The notes under the pieces: generated by a model
Database searches by the model: none
Seen by the model: only the letters and a program-made list of their open reading frames with translations
What the model was told of the DNA's origin: nothing
Translations under genes and position numbers: made by a program
Shown: positions 51,564 through 64,000 of the stretch, in pieces
Numbering within the stretch: the first letter of the stretch is position 1
How the letters are laid out: each line of letters begins with the position of its first letter
Assembly (NCBI GenBank): GCA_025201805.1
Contig: MU619246.1
Coordinates: forward strand, 175,627-239,626
Direction: 5' to 3'
DNA length: 64,000 nucleotides
From: Parasitella parasitica NRRL 2501
Taxonomy: Eukaryota; Fungi; Mucoromycota

Positions 51564-54500
51564 TTATAGTATATCATTATCGGGTTTCTGCTCTGTGGAA
51601 GTCGATCTTGATTGATTCAGGAGAGAGGAACTTGTTGTAGTGCCGCTTTGACTTTTATTGCGCTTCATGCGTGGCCTATTTTGGGTATCTGAATCACTTT
51701 TTGAGGGTTTCAATGTCGGCTTATTTTTCTTATCGCGATGGTTGCTAGCAGTTGTAGATCTTCTTGTAGGTTTAATCAAGTTGCTTACGCCGGGCAATAA
51801 TACACCAGGCACATTTTTCTTCTTGGACAGTTCTTCAATGCGTTTCTTTTCGGCTTCAAATTGTTCATTGACGACGGGCAAAGTACCAGCAATAGTAGCA
51901 GTAGCAGTAGCGATAGATTTACTCTTTTCGTCTGCATTCGTATTCCTCTTCCATCTTCTCCAACCTTCAAAATCAATCAGAGCTTGCATGCAACCCCATT
52001 CAATGATCTTTTTTTCGAGCCATTCCAAACTGACGGGTTTAGTGAGGAAATCATTGCATCCAGCTGCAAGTGCTGCATGTCGATCAGACTCCAGCGAGGA
52101 GGCTGTCAATGCCACAATGATAACAGGCGATCGAAATATAGAGGGTTTATCGTCGTTTTTGGAAGTTGTTGCTGTTGCGGAGGATGTTGTTAAAGGAGTA
52201 GCTTCTGCTTTCATTTCATTCACAGCAGCAGCAGCAACTATAGCAGCAGCAGCAACTACCTCAATTGGCTCTTGCTGTAATTGTTGCTGTTGTTGTTGCT
52301 GTTGACGGAGAAAGGATGATGACATGGGCAACACACCGATCTGCTGTTCTTTTTCTATGCTACGGATTGTTTTGGTTGCTTCGATGCCGTTCATCACAGG
52401 CAATTGGATATCCATCTATACAACTGTTAGCATAAACCATGTCGTTTGCATTCGCTTCACTGCAATACCATACCAGAATCAAGTGAAATCCTCCAGATTT
52501 CCATTTATCAACAGCCTCTTTGCCATTGCTGGCTACAGAAAATTTGATCTTGTGCTTCTTCATCCAAGCAGACAATATGGCCTGGTTAATGATGTTGTCT
52601 AGTTTCAGATCGAGTTAAACTATTGCGGTATAGGCACACATAACTTCTAGATACCCTACCTTCTACAATCAGCACGTTGATTGGGGGACTGACAGAATTG
52701 GCAAATGGAGTTCCCTTGGCTTTCTTCTTCTTTTTGTTCAGCTTGAAATTAGACATGGTCTTGGACAGCTTTTTCTTTGTAATTTCGTCAGTGTCGACAG
52801 CAACAGCAACAGCAGCAGCAGCAGCAGTGGTGGTGGCGGTGGTGGTACCGGCAGAGTCTGTGATTTCCACACCTGAGCGCAGTTGTCCCGCAGCATCAGC
52901 ACCGAGCAACGTGCTGGTGGCAGGAACGTTTCTAGCAGGCAGCATGACATTGGGTGATTCAGTACTAGTTGTATCTAATGTATTGGAAGATGATCCACTG
53001 CTGCTGCCATTCTTGTCTGCTGATTCATTCTCTAATTCTGCAGCGGCAATACTTGCAGCAACGATGGTAGCAGCAGCAACAGGTGAATTGGCTGACACTA
53101 CACCTAATGCGCTGGCTAGAGGTGCTGCCTTTGCGTTCAGATAATCTTGCTCAGAAGTTTGTGCAGTGTTGTTGGCAGATCTACGTTTTTGGTTCACACT
53201 AGCGTTCGAGGCGCTGGCACTGGTAGGAGCAGCAGTAGCAGAACAGGTAGTATGAGGGCTCAGTTGCTGCTGATGCTGCTCTGGATGAGATGAAAAGTAG
53301 TTATCACCGTTTGGAGGATGTGGTGGCGGTGGACTAAACAATCCACTGAGTGGCCTATTCCCATTTCTGCGACCAGGAGAGATATCGTTTGGAGATACTC
53401 TATTATTCACCTCGCTTGGAGCAGCAGCAGCGGCAGCAGTGGCGATTTCTCGTTGAACCAACATTGAAATAACAGGAGGCATTGGACTTGAAGGGGAAGT
53501 GGCGATAGCCGAGAAGTGTGGCTCGACCACTGAATTATGCCAAGCAGTGTGCAAGGCCGTCAAGAACCTCCTAGGGCCTGCAGGTTTAGGAACTACAACA
53601 ACACGAGGCATGCTGAATGGATCTCGGAAAGGCAGGAGGGCGTAGCATTGGATGATGTCTCGAACGGCCTTGTACTTTGTCAAGCTCGTGAAATGAATAA
53701 TGGCGGTGGTGCCTTGATGAAAAAAGTTTTGTGGAGTCGATGTAGACTTCTTGTAATGGTGGTGTGGATGATGATGGTGAGCTGCTCTACGAACTCCATG
53801 GTGCGCTTGTAGTACGTTGGCAGAGGCAGCAGGTTGTGATCGAAATTCTGCTAATTTACTTTCCAATGTACCGATGTCATCGTCGATCAGGATGAATGCG
53901 GGAGGGATGGAGTGAATGTGTTCTTCTTCAATAGCAGGAGAAGGTACGGGTGGTGTGCTAGGTTGACGAGGCGCTACCGGGGTGGATAGAACATCGTTTG
54001 CTGCCTCTGCCACTAATGGAGTTGAAGCTGCAGACGAACCGGGCGAAGATGAAGAGGCATCGGTTGCGGTTTCCGCAGCAGTTGGAGCGCTATTGCGGTT
54101 TGCAACAGGAACGTGGCTGATGTCTGTATTCCAGCTTGCAAGACAGCTCGTGAGGTGTTTGGCAAAGATACTTTGCTCAGGTGCATGTAAAACCATCTTC
54201 AACCCCTTCAAATTTTCAATGAACTGTTCCAAATCCCTCAAGCTAGGTTCGTTTGCAAATTTGACGTTGGCATAATGACTCTTGAGCAGATAGCTTTCCT
54301 TTGTAAAAAACATTTTGTTGTCAATGTCTTTTTTGCTGCCTCGAGCAAGATCAAACGAGATTTCGAATCTAGTCTGATTCATGTCTGTGTCCTGATCGAC
54401 TGCACAATCAGCGTTTATGTATTGCAATAATTGAGCGGTTAAATTGGCATTGGGCAATAGAGCTGCACTGGCATTTCGAATCGCTGGCGAACTGGTATGA

Positions 54501-55893
54501 GTGATATAAAATGTAATTTTACACTGCTGCGCATCATTTGTGTTTGCAACATTGAGTCCAACTTCGATACAAGCTCCTGGAGTACAGCATTCTAGTACAT
54601 TACGAAGGTGCTAGTAAAAAGTTAGCTTGCGTTCTTTCCAATACGCTATACTGAGACATAAGTCCCCCCCCAGGAATTTCAAAAAAGACTCACATTAAGA
54701 AGAGCATGTCGGATAGCACCTTCATCACCAACCACTGAGGTATGGTGAAGGCTATTTTCACAATGATAGATGACGAAATTAACATCTAATTTAGATGCAA
54801 CACCGGCCAAAGCATCCCCAATATTTTGCAGCAGTTCACCAATATCCAACTCCCCCAAAATCAAATCAGGTAGTTGCAGTGAATTGGCATTCGAAGTCCT
54901 CACCCAAGCTTTCACTGTTAACTTTGACAGTAATTGCAAATGGGAACTTACATGGCAGACTTGTCTAATTGTGGTATTGATCGCAGAAATGCTCGCAATA
55001 GGCACAGCTAAAGAACAAGCGCTCAATAACTCATGCGCATTCGACAAGATGGCAGCGGGAGAAAACTGTTCCAATGTTGTGATCACCATCAAAGCAACAT
55101 CATGAATTTCTTGTGAGACAGTAGACAAAAAGGCTAGACGATGATTGCTGAAATCTGCTGTATGCTGATCTACGAATTCTTGCAATCTCACATGTTCTCT
55201 TGATAATCTTGATTTCAATCTCTCTGATTTTGAGTTGTTTGCTAATAGTATTCTTTTTGCAAAAGCAAATATAAATGAAGCCAATATAGACAGGGCTACA
55301 AAAAGGGTGTGGAATTGTTGAAATAATTGGTATCGTTGGATGGGTAACATGAAATTGGTGGATGCCATGACAACAGCGCTTGCGCGGGTCCAGTTGAGAT
55401 ATTGACCAAGATGCTCGGTTCTATTCTTCAATACTAGTATCATAAACAACCACCACAGCGTATAAAACGGTAAAATAGCGTATGGCATCCAATCTTGATA
55501 ATGCTGTATCACAAAATCAATCGACGGCACACTGTAAATAACAAATCCACACTCTACAATCGACCCTGACAAACACAAGATATTTGCAATCGTTGTCATT
55601 CGAAATATTTCTCTAATAATCTCATCCTTTTCTTGCTCTTGTTCGGCCTCATCCTCGTAATCTTGTAATTGGATCAAGGGTAGCTTTATATTGAAGAATC
55701 CGTCTTTTTCTCCCTCTTCTGATTTTGGTTGTTCTGCTGAATCTGCGGTTGTTGTCGAAGAGTAACTGTTGAAGTATAAATCAGATGTAGTCCAAGCAGA
55801 TCGTAGATAACCTAGTCGAGGTCTTTTATACATGCTGGAGCTGATCGCTGACGACGACACACTGTTGTCCTCCTTCTTATTCGAATCTGTCAT
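51564..55893 (-). CDS. SSK1: Ssk1/Mcs4-type response regulator with TM segments and a degenerate His-kinase-like region, 4 exons
   Basis: PPINVLIVE|DNIINQAILSAWM..GGFHLIL|MDIQLPVMNGIEAT..PVIIVALTAS..AAGCNDFLTKPV..WGCMQALIDF; also PKPAGPRRFLTAL. Confidence 0.88.
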
Positions 55894-56175
55894 TTATGAA
55901 TACAAGCAGAGAAAGTTGAATTGTGATAAAATAAGAAAATAGATGAAAGACAAAAACAAAAAAAAAAAAAAGAAAAAAAGAGTCCCTATTTTATTACTAC
56001 AATCGCTTGGATACGGTCGATACAGGAATCATTGTCGTTTTCGGTACGTAGACATTTTTTTTTTTTTTTCACTCGTTGCACTTTTACTAAACTCTGCAGC
56101 AATGCTTATAAGAAGGATTATATAGAAGGGAAAAGATATTAAACATGCTTCTTATTTAAACAGTCGTATAAGCAA

Positions 56176-57070
56176 TTACAAAGATGGCTTTGAGGAACTT
56201 GATTGCAAGATTTCTCCATTAAGCATTTTAACTCTAAAGATCTTACTTTTTGCTGCAGGCCAAAATTGCTCGATCGGGTTGAGCTCTGGCGAGTATGGGG
56301 CGTAAGAAAATATAATTATAGCCCCCTTTTCTGTAACCAGATCAGTTATGTAAGGTCTTTTACAAATAGAGGCGTTGTCGATAATTAAATATGCCTCTTT
56401 CAAATATTGAAATTGGTCCATGACATCTCGAATTTTCTTTTTCGCCTACTGAGAGAGGCACAAGCTGAGAGGTGGGAAGACTAGGCATTCTTACGCCAGT
56501 ATAAATCACACCATAGACATAAATGTCCCCTAAAATGATATGAGACACAGTTTAGAGATTCTCAACTTCTATTACAGGTGTCTTTTCCTTAGGTCCCCAA
56601 GCACCAGTACGCTTTAAATTAGCGTGGAAACCGGATTCGTCGATAAAGATGGCAATTATAATATCAACTTTCAAGAAATCAAGAACTGCGGTCAAACCAA
56701 TTGTGCTCGATATTCAGCTTTTTGACATACCCACTTGGTTTAATTTCAAAAAAAAAGTGTCTGTGTTTTCCTTATATAACCTGGCAACTGGAACAAGGGA
56801 CACTTCGCAATCATATGGTGAATGAAGTTGAACTTTCAATATGTATAAGTTTTTTCTTCTTTTCAGCTTCTTCATTTTTATTTTTCCCCTTCTCTGAGTA
56901 TCGGATTCCTCGTTAATCTAATCAGAGGCTCATCTGATTTGCAAATACTGACCAAGCGTTGCCAAATTCCTGATTTGAGGAGCATATTGATCAACTTCCA
57001 TCAATTCAACTCTAGTGTCATCTCTTTGTCCACTTTGACCATCTTCAAAGAGTATAATGTATTCACTTTC
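56176..57070 (-). pseudogene. Tc1/IS630 transposase remnant
   Basis: IFIDESGFHANLKRTGAW, IIDNASIC and YAPYSPELNPIEQFW lie in broken frames. Confidence 0.8.
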
Positions 57071-57103
57071 GTTTGGGGCTTTAAAGCCTTATATTTCTTT
57101 ATT

Positions 57104-57220
57104 CAGATGAGTGCTTTTAAGTAAATAAGTACCTTTGAGTAAGTGGATTCTTTCAAGTAATTGTGTTGTTTTAACCAAATGGGCGCCTTCAACCAAATGA
57201 GTGCCTTTAAAAAATGAGCG
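57104..57220. repeat. Degenerate 18-bp tandem repeat (6-7 units)
   Basis: Units such as CAAATGAGTGCCTTTAAA and CAGATGAGTGCTTTTAAG at an exact 18-bp period. Confidence 0.7.
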
Positions 57221-57733
57221 ACTTACTTAAACTTGACTTTTTTGTTTTTATTTTATTTTCGCACTTGTTACCTGGATTTCAGCTGTGTAAATCAATACGC
57301 TAAGTAGATGTACAAAATAGCATCTATTTGGCTCTTGCCAAACTTCATTTGTGATGGTATGAACATGTATAAATCCGATACTCGATGCAAAAAATCATAT
57401 AAGAAGAACAAAGCTTTCTACTTCAGAAATTCATTTGGTATTGTACCCTTAAGATCAACAAAAATCTTAGATGCCAAGGAGTCCTTGATTGTATCGAACA
57501 TGAATTGAGATAAAGTGGCACCAATCGATACAAAACCTTTTTCATCTAAATGATTACTTATCTGTTAAAGGAGTATACTTCCGTTGTTTCAATGAACTGA
57601 GTAATAGATTACAGAACAACTCTTTGATGATACTGTATTTGACAGCATGGACTTTTTTCATATTGGATGTTACAGTCACGAGACTTTTAAGTGGTGTTAC
57701 CAATTATGTTAAATAATTGTGTGATATGAAGAC

Positions 57734-59480
57734 TTACAGAGGGGGAGAAAAGGTTGAGGTACCGGTGGGGTATGCAACTACGGGGGATGGTGTGCTGACA
57801 GACGATGGGTCGGCTTGGTAACAGCAATGCCAAAAGAAAAGGGTAACGCACAATAATGTGCGGAGGTTTTTCAGCGTGATGAATGAGTGAAGGCAGGATA
57901 ATGCCTCAGACATGGGGATGCGGCCAATTTCTGTCATGGTAAAGAAATGTTCATGTATCATTTGTGTCATATAAAAAACTAACTGGCATCCTACAAAGCA
58001 TTGTGAAATGGTTATGATCAGGAACACACTGAAGTAACTTTTTTCTCCTTACCATTGACCTGAAAAGTGAGAATAGGGCGTTCATGCCTCAAGACGCTGT
58101 TGCGCGACAAGACGGCGAGCTTGAGTGTGTCCAAGCAAAGGGAGTGGCTGGTGGTGTTGTCACCGCCAAGCTTGACTTCCCAAAAACCAAGGGATTGCCC
58201 AAACGCGCATTGGGCCAAGGTGGATACAATGGCGTCCGGACGAATGTCAGGGGTCAGTGCGTCTTCCTTGTTCGACCACCGTAATACGACCTTCTTCGCT
58301 GTATCCGCCACTATGGACGACAGTAACGGATCATAATACCTGGTTTGTACATCTATTTCCCCCAACGTGTTTTTGTCTGCGATAGGGTCAAACGGTAGTT
58401 TCACAAACCTACAATGAACATAGATGAAGGGAAGGGCAATAATTTCATATTAGTACTTACACGCGTTCTTTTCTCTACCACACAACGTTACTTACAAATC
58501 AGCAATGCCTTCGACGACATTGGACTTAAAAGGACCCATGCTAGTCGCCAGAGTCATGAGGTGGAACTTGGCAACTTTTGGAGACATGTTCTCCTCATCA
58601 ATGGCGGATACAATGTTCACCATTGCCATAAAGTCATCATTGGTGAAATTTGGGGCATCGGGTGGCAGATTGCTGAGTAACGCTTGAGTTTGATGCTTTA
58701 ACAAATTCTTGAACAGTTATTCCCCCCAAAAACAGTCATTTTACATTCGCTGTGCTGCTCATTCGCCAGGAAGAGCACACCCGACAAGGCTAAGATCTCT
58801 TGAATGTTTGATTCCAAGGGGACAGGCTTGGGAATGGCGTCTGCTTGATACCGGTATTTTAGAAAAAGAGAAGTGATGTCGTTGCCGCCAATAATCCAAT
58901 GCTTTTGCTTTTCGTTGTCACTCCTTTGTCAAGTATGATCATACTCTTGATTCAAATCTTGATTCAAATCAGCTGCCATTGCTGTTGCTATAGGCTGTGA
59001 TGCAGTGATGACCTGTAATAATTCTGTGGTTGGGAATCAGACACCAACATATTATCGACCGCTTCGGAGCAGTTGGCTGCAGCAGTTGCCAAAGTGTATA
59101 TTCGATTGCGTTCCTTCCAAGGTGAGACACCGGTTCTCAAGTTCCTGAAGGAGGCGAGATTGCTCTGTTTCGGGCATGTTGTTGGTAATGATGGCCCTAT
59201 ATCGAGCGTGGCAGCGCCTGCGTTCATAGTGATCATGCTCCAGGGCAAACGCCTTCAAGGTCAGCGTACTGACGTTATAAATGCACCATTGAGCATCAAC
59301 TGCTAACACCCGTGGTCGCTTCTTGTTTGGTTTTAGAATGATGGCCGTATCCGGTTCCTCTGGTGATTGTTGCTCATTATTTTTGGCTGTTTTGGTTTTC
59401 ACCTTATATTTTTGGAGCGCAACTGACGATCATTGGCAATAGAAGATGATGGCGATGTAAAACCAAGTACAGATTTCGCA
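57734..59480 (-). pseudogene. PD-(D/E)XK nuclease-like TE-associated gene, disrupted
   Basis: TLGEIDVQTRYYDPLLS..VLRWSN..DIRPDAIVS..SLGFWEVK..LCLDTLKLA..ILTFQV; multi-exon with frameshifts. Confidence 0.65.
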
Positions 59481-59547
59481 TGAAAATCAATAATTTTTTG
59501 AAGAGAAGAAAGGTTTGACTGATGAATTTATTTTTACTGTATTAATT

Positions 59548-60493
59548 TCAGTAAATCTCTTCTTCTGTTAAGTATTTAGGGAAAAAACTTATACTATGTT
59601 CAACTTAACCATGGCAGTTTTCTTGAGCTATTTTGTGGCGATTACTCTCAATATACTTCCTCAACTTGGGAGCCGTGTGAATTCTAGCATTATCCATAAT
59701 GAAATAATGCGGAGGAGCATTGTCTCTGTCAATACTTGCAATGATTTGTTTGATAAAATCAATGAAGATCTCAGCAGGAGCGCCTCCAGGAACTTGCTTC
59801 ACGGATACATCTTCGATACCATTGTAAGAAATTCCAGCCAAAACAGAAATATTGATTGCTCTTTTTGTCTTGGTCCTTACAACAGCATTTTCTCCTTTCT
59901 TTGACCATCCTTTTCCTCGAATCAAGTTGGCATTGAAGCCTGCCTCATCGACAAAGATGCAATTTGTTTTGTATGAGATGTCAAGCTGCTGCAAATTCTC
60001 CACAAAATCTTTTCTGCTTTTAATTACTTGTGGGGAATTTTTGTTTTCTTCCACAGGTTTTGTTTTCTTGAGCGTGAAACCAACTTTTTGAAGAATATGG
60101 TTGTGAATTTGCCGAGTGGATAATCCCTTGTCAGCAAGGTTAGGAAAATTCTTGAAGAGCTCGCCTCTGATAATACCTAACGTAAGCTGAGGGTCATCGT
60201 CCAGCAGGTGGATAATGTACTTGGTGTGCTCTTCGGTGAGTTTTACGAGCGATTGAATTCGTCCTCCTCGCGACTTGTCTTTTACAGTTCCTCTTTCCAT
60301 ATATCGATCGACGATATGATTAACTGTGGACCAGGACAAATTAAAGAGTTTTGCAATTTTAGCAATCGACAAGTCTTCATCAAGAGGCTTTTCGATGATA
60401 AGCTTCTTTACATGGTAACTAATACGAGTGTTTCTTCTTGTTCTTTGCTTTTTGAGGAAGAAGTAGCAGAGTTATCATTATTAGAAGACATTT
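59548..60493 (-). pseudogene. Tc1/IS630 transposase with an internal deletion of the catalytic E region
   Basis: HTH, FVDEAGFN and IMDNARIH are present. The frame jumps from RHK to IAQENCHG*VEHSISFFPK, so the YSPxLNPIE segment is missing. Confidence 0.85.
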
Positions 60494-60616
60494 GAAAAGT
60501 GGTAAATGAGGAAAGAAAAAATGCAGGGGACTATTACTGGTACTTGGCAACAAACTCTTTGTTTATACTGTACTTTACTAATCAATTAGCTACGTTCTAC
60601 ATCACCATCATCATTT

Positions 60617-62330
60617 TTAGTTTAGACTTTCTTCTTTTTCAAAGGTGAAATTCTGTATTAAATAACAGTGAAGGTATTTTATTGTGCAGACATCTTCGAT
60701 TTTTTTTGAAGTTAGTCTTTTTTCAATAGAAGTATATCTTCTTTTTTGACTTTCCGTTGTTCGTCTCTGGAAAGCGATTTCGTTAGCTTCCAACATCTTG
60801 ATGATTTTTGGAATGTGGCTTTCCTTAAGACTAGACATGGAGGTGGGAAATTCCTTCCATGGCCAATTTTTTACAACATCTGTTGAATCCGTTCCTGCAA
60901 AGTTTTTCCAAAGAAAATTTTTGTAGGAAACGTGCAAACAGATGTCTATGAATTGATTAGAAATAAGTCGAGATGTTCGCTTACCACATATACTTACTGT
61001 AAGTCTTCAAGAGGCTCTCTCGAAGTTAATCCCGAATTTGAGCTTTTCCAGACTTGTTTTCCGCCTTCTTAGTCAACTGAATTCCTTTCGTGTTGTTAAT
61101 GATAGTGGGAGGAACGTCAAAAGGCATTGTTCTCTCAATATCACCACCAGGAGAGGACATATCATTGCTACTAATAGCAGCTATTCCTCTTAGGAAGCGA
61201 GGCAGGGATAAGTTGTCACCCTGACTTGAATCCACTTGTTCTAGTCTTTTGAGATTATCCTCGTCTTCATAATCTCCATCATCACGAGCCATGTTACCGC
61301 CTTTTTTACCGTCATTATTAACATTGACATTAGCTTCATTATTTACATTGCCATTATCAACTTCATCCATATCAACTTCATCCATATCAACATCATCAGC
61401 GTCAACATCAGCGTCAACATCAGCGTCAGCATCAGCGTCAGCATCAGCATCAGCATCAGCATCAGCGTCAGCGTCAGCGTCAGCATCAGCGTCAGCGTCA
61501 GCATCAGCTTGTACAAAAACAGGATCCAAAACTCTTGGATATCCTATTCCGAATAAAGTTATCAATAATTATGTATAATATAGTCTACATATAACATACC
61601 TTGTCCTGCGGTATATGAGAAAACATTTCTCGTAAGACAACCTCGCATCGACATCCCATGCGCGTCGATTTCATCTTTGGCTATCGTAGCAGCACCTATC
61701 GAAGAGATTAGAGCCAGTCATTTGCTTAAAGATCTAGATTTCATTAATCATCATCATACCTCCACTGTGTATGACAGCACTTGGGAACATCAAGTCCCTT
61801 GTCGTATTATTGACATAAGCGAGAATGAAATGCGTTTGGTAATTGTTATGCATATATGAGAGGCTTTTTTTTAGCTTCTTCATGTCTCTGTCGTAAAACG
61901 TTTTACGGACAGACAAATCCCCAGGCATATTCTTATTTAGATCATTGGTTTCCTGTTCCAACTGCTGATATTCAGGAGAGTTTTCTGCCTTCATCTTCTT
62001 GTATAGCAGTTTGAAGACTTTTTGCATCTTCTCGATGTTGTCAACTTTTTCATTGTTTAACCTTTTTTCATCGGCGTACTTCTTGTACTCTTGCTTAAGA
62101 AATACTGTCCAAGAATTATATTGAGTTTTCTTTGGAGGAGAGAACGTCCCAATAAATTCAGAATTTATCTCCTGGCAAAGATGCCCAGCTACATATCGTC
62201 TTGTTTCATCCGGCGAAAAGTTGTCCTCATCGCGTAAATACTGGGAGATCAGAAGATCTACGCCAGCCAAGAGGCTCTCGAACTTAAGAGTTCTTGCATT
62301 AGGATTAAGAAAAAAAATGGGGGCAAGCCA
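60617..62330 (-). CDS. Hypothetical multi-exon protein with an HMG-box-like segment and an Asp-Ala repeat; intactness uncertain
   Basis: [20 protein letters not shown]...[15 protein letters not shown], a (DA)n tract and C-terminal VVKNWPW. Lies directly upstream of the transposase on the same strand. Confidence 0.45.
61392..61508. repeat. (GCRTCA)n microsatellite encoding (DA)n
   Basis: Tandem GCATCA/GCGTCA units. Confidence 0.9.
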
Positions 62331-64000
62331 TGTTGAATCATGTTGAATTGCAGTTATAAAGATTTGAGAAGAGAAAAGAGGTGAGTATTATTTACAGGGT
62401 TCGATCGTTTCTTAATAAAAAGCTCGGACATGTAAATATTGAATAGTGTCTCAAGTGGTATGCTATATTTGGTTTTGGTTGGTTGCCAAATATAGACCAG
62501 ATGAAATGATGGTTAAGGATTTCAGCTATCTGTGCGTCGAATTTGTGTAAATACTTGCCTTTGAAAAGGTAAAGCAAATCCCATGTGATTATGGCAGAAG
62601 CAAAGCAAAGGTTGCCTGGATGTGTGGGCGGAAATAACGTCCGAAAGCAAGGGAAGGGACAAAAAAAAAAAATTATTAAAACACACACTGTGTATTTTAA
62701 AAATATTTCCCTATTGTTAATGTTGGGTGTTTGTTTATCCTAGGTCAATAAAGTTGGATTCGCCATAATCCAATGATTTGCTGGTTCGAAGATGGAACAC
62801 AATGGCAACCGCTTGCTGGGTACCACGATGTTGTTTTCAGTCCATAATTATTGTAAGCATATCTAAGAAATTCAAGTTTCGGGTGCCTTGATCTCTTAAG
62901 ATCATGTACCGTACTGTCTGGCAGAAATAGTGAATTGTTCTCAAATGATGCCATTCTTTCATAATTAGATCCGAAGGTTTATAAGAACCCCAAACCATAC
63001 AGTAGGCATCTTTACTTGGATACTCTTTGGGTCATCGACTGTCTGGAAAGGTTACCACTGCCTAAGACACCAGCCACATCATAATCATCGCCACTATCTA
63101 TCAATATGAGAGCAAAAGACAGAAACATCAATCTTAAAATCCTGTAAAGTAATTACACTACAAGAATACAGCAAAATAACCAAGTTTTTGGATTTTTGAG
63201 AATTCGGCGTTAAATCTAGTGCTGTATATCCCATTTTCAAAAAACTAATTGAAAATATATAAAAATTTTAGAAAATTATATAAAAAAAAAGATGTACGTA
63301 TGCAACAAAGCGTGAAAAAAAAATGGCAAGCTCTTTAGAAAAGAGTAAATCATGTCAAAAGTCGAGTGAAATAGCTCGAAATACTCGATTTGGACATGAC
63401 CTAACTAAAAGAGGCCATTTTTTTTTAGCTGTACACTCTGTTCTATTTAATAATATTTTGTTAAATAGTCGACTGTACCATCCTTTCCATTGTGATGTCT
63501 TTTCAAAATAGGAGAATTACTTAGGCTTCTTGTCTGTTCATCTTTAATCCAATCATATTACTCTAAATGAGGATCTTGTATATCTACCACCAAAAATAGG
63601 CCAGTTTGAGATGTTATGGTTTAATGTGTATAAACAAAAATACAAAATTACAATTTGAATATTTTAAAATATATTCACAGAGAATTTAATCGAGTTATTT
63701 CACAAAATAGCATAGAGATAATTGTTTAAAGATCTGGAATGAGAATGTTCAAAGTGGCTGCAGAACAAAGAGGCACTATTGTGTATTTTATATGGCCAGA
63801 GTTTGCTGTATTCAGTTGCCACCCAGTTCGTTAATGCAGGTGAAAATGTCAATTCGTCGATCATAGATCTGAATTATACTTTCGTTTGGTCCCTAGATGT
63901 TTCCCCCTGAATTTTGTAGTGCGTATATCTATTGAAAAAATCATCATTCACAATTACTAGAGGAGAAACAGTGTTTACCAAGGAGATTATGTAGAGGGAG

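Noticed and set aside
50407-61578. Antisense ORFs with CGCGC or SASAS repeats, and other ORFs opposite real genes
   Set aside because: Shadow frames of the PQ and DA repeats and of genuine CDSs.

Overview
Eukaryotic, AT-rich fungal DNA with short GT-AG introns; gene and transposon content suggest Mucorales (inference, not a database hit). There are two assembly gaps (4374-4978, 32048-32631). Host genes: a METTL23-like methyltransferase, UTP11, WDR92, cytoplasmic IleRS, homoserine kinase, an RBR E3 ligase, a Cys-rich membrane protein, a Con7-type C2H2 factor, an Ssk1/Mcs4-type response regulator and several hypotheticals. These sit between transposon-rich blocks (about 1-10.6 kb, 31.2-35.3 kb, 38.9-40.3 kb, 56-63.5 kb). 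The main finding is a Fanzor gene (eukaryotic TnpB-like RNA-guided nuclease) on the minus strand, about 6808 to 2170. It has introns and is now disabled. It ends in a candidate omegaRNA that abuts a TA-flanked Tc1/mariner-type end at 2043. A younger DD34E Tc1/IS630 element with a related terminus is inserted into it at a TA (2874-2875). Other TA-flanked elements carry or sit next to PD-(D/E)XK nuclease-like genes, suggesting nuclease-cargo Tc1/IS630 elements. All alignments and translations were done by eye.
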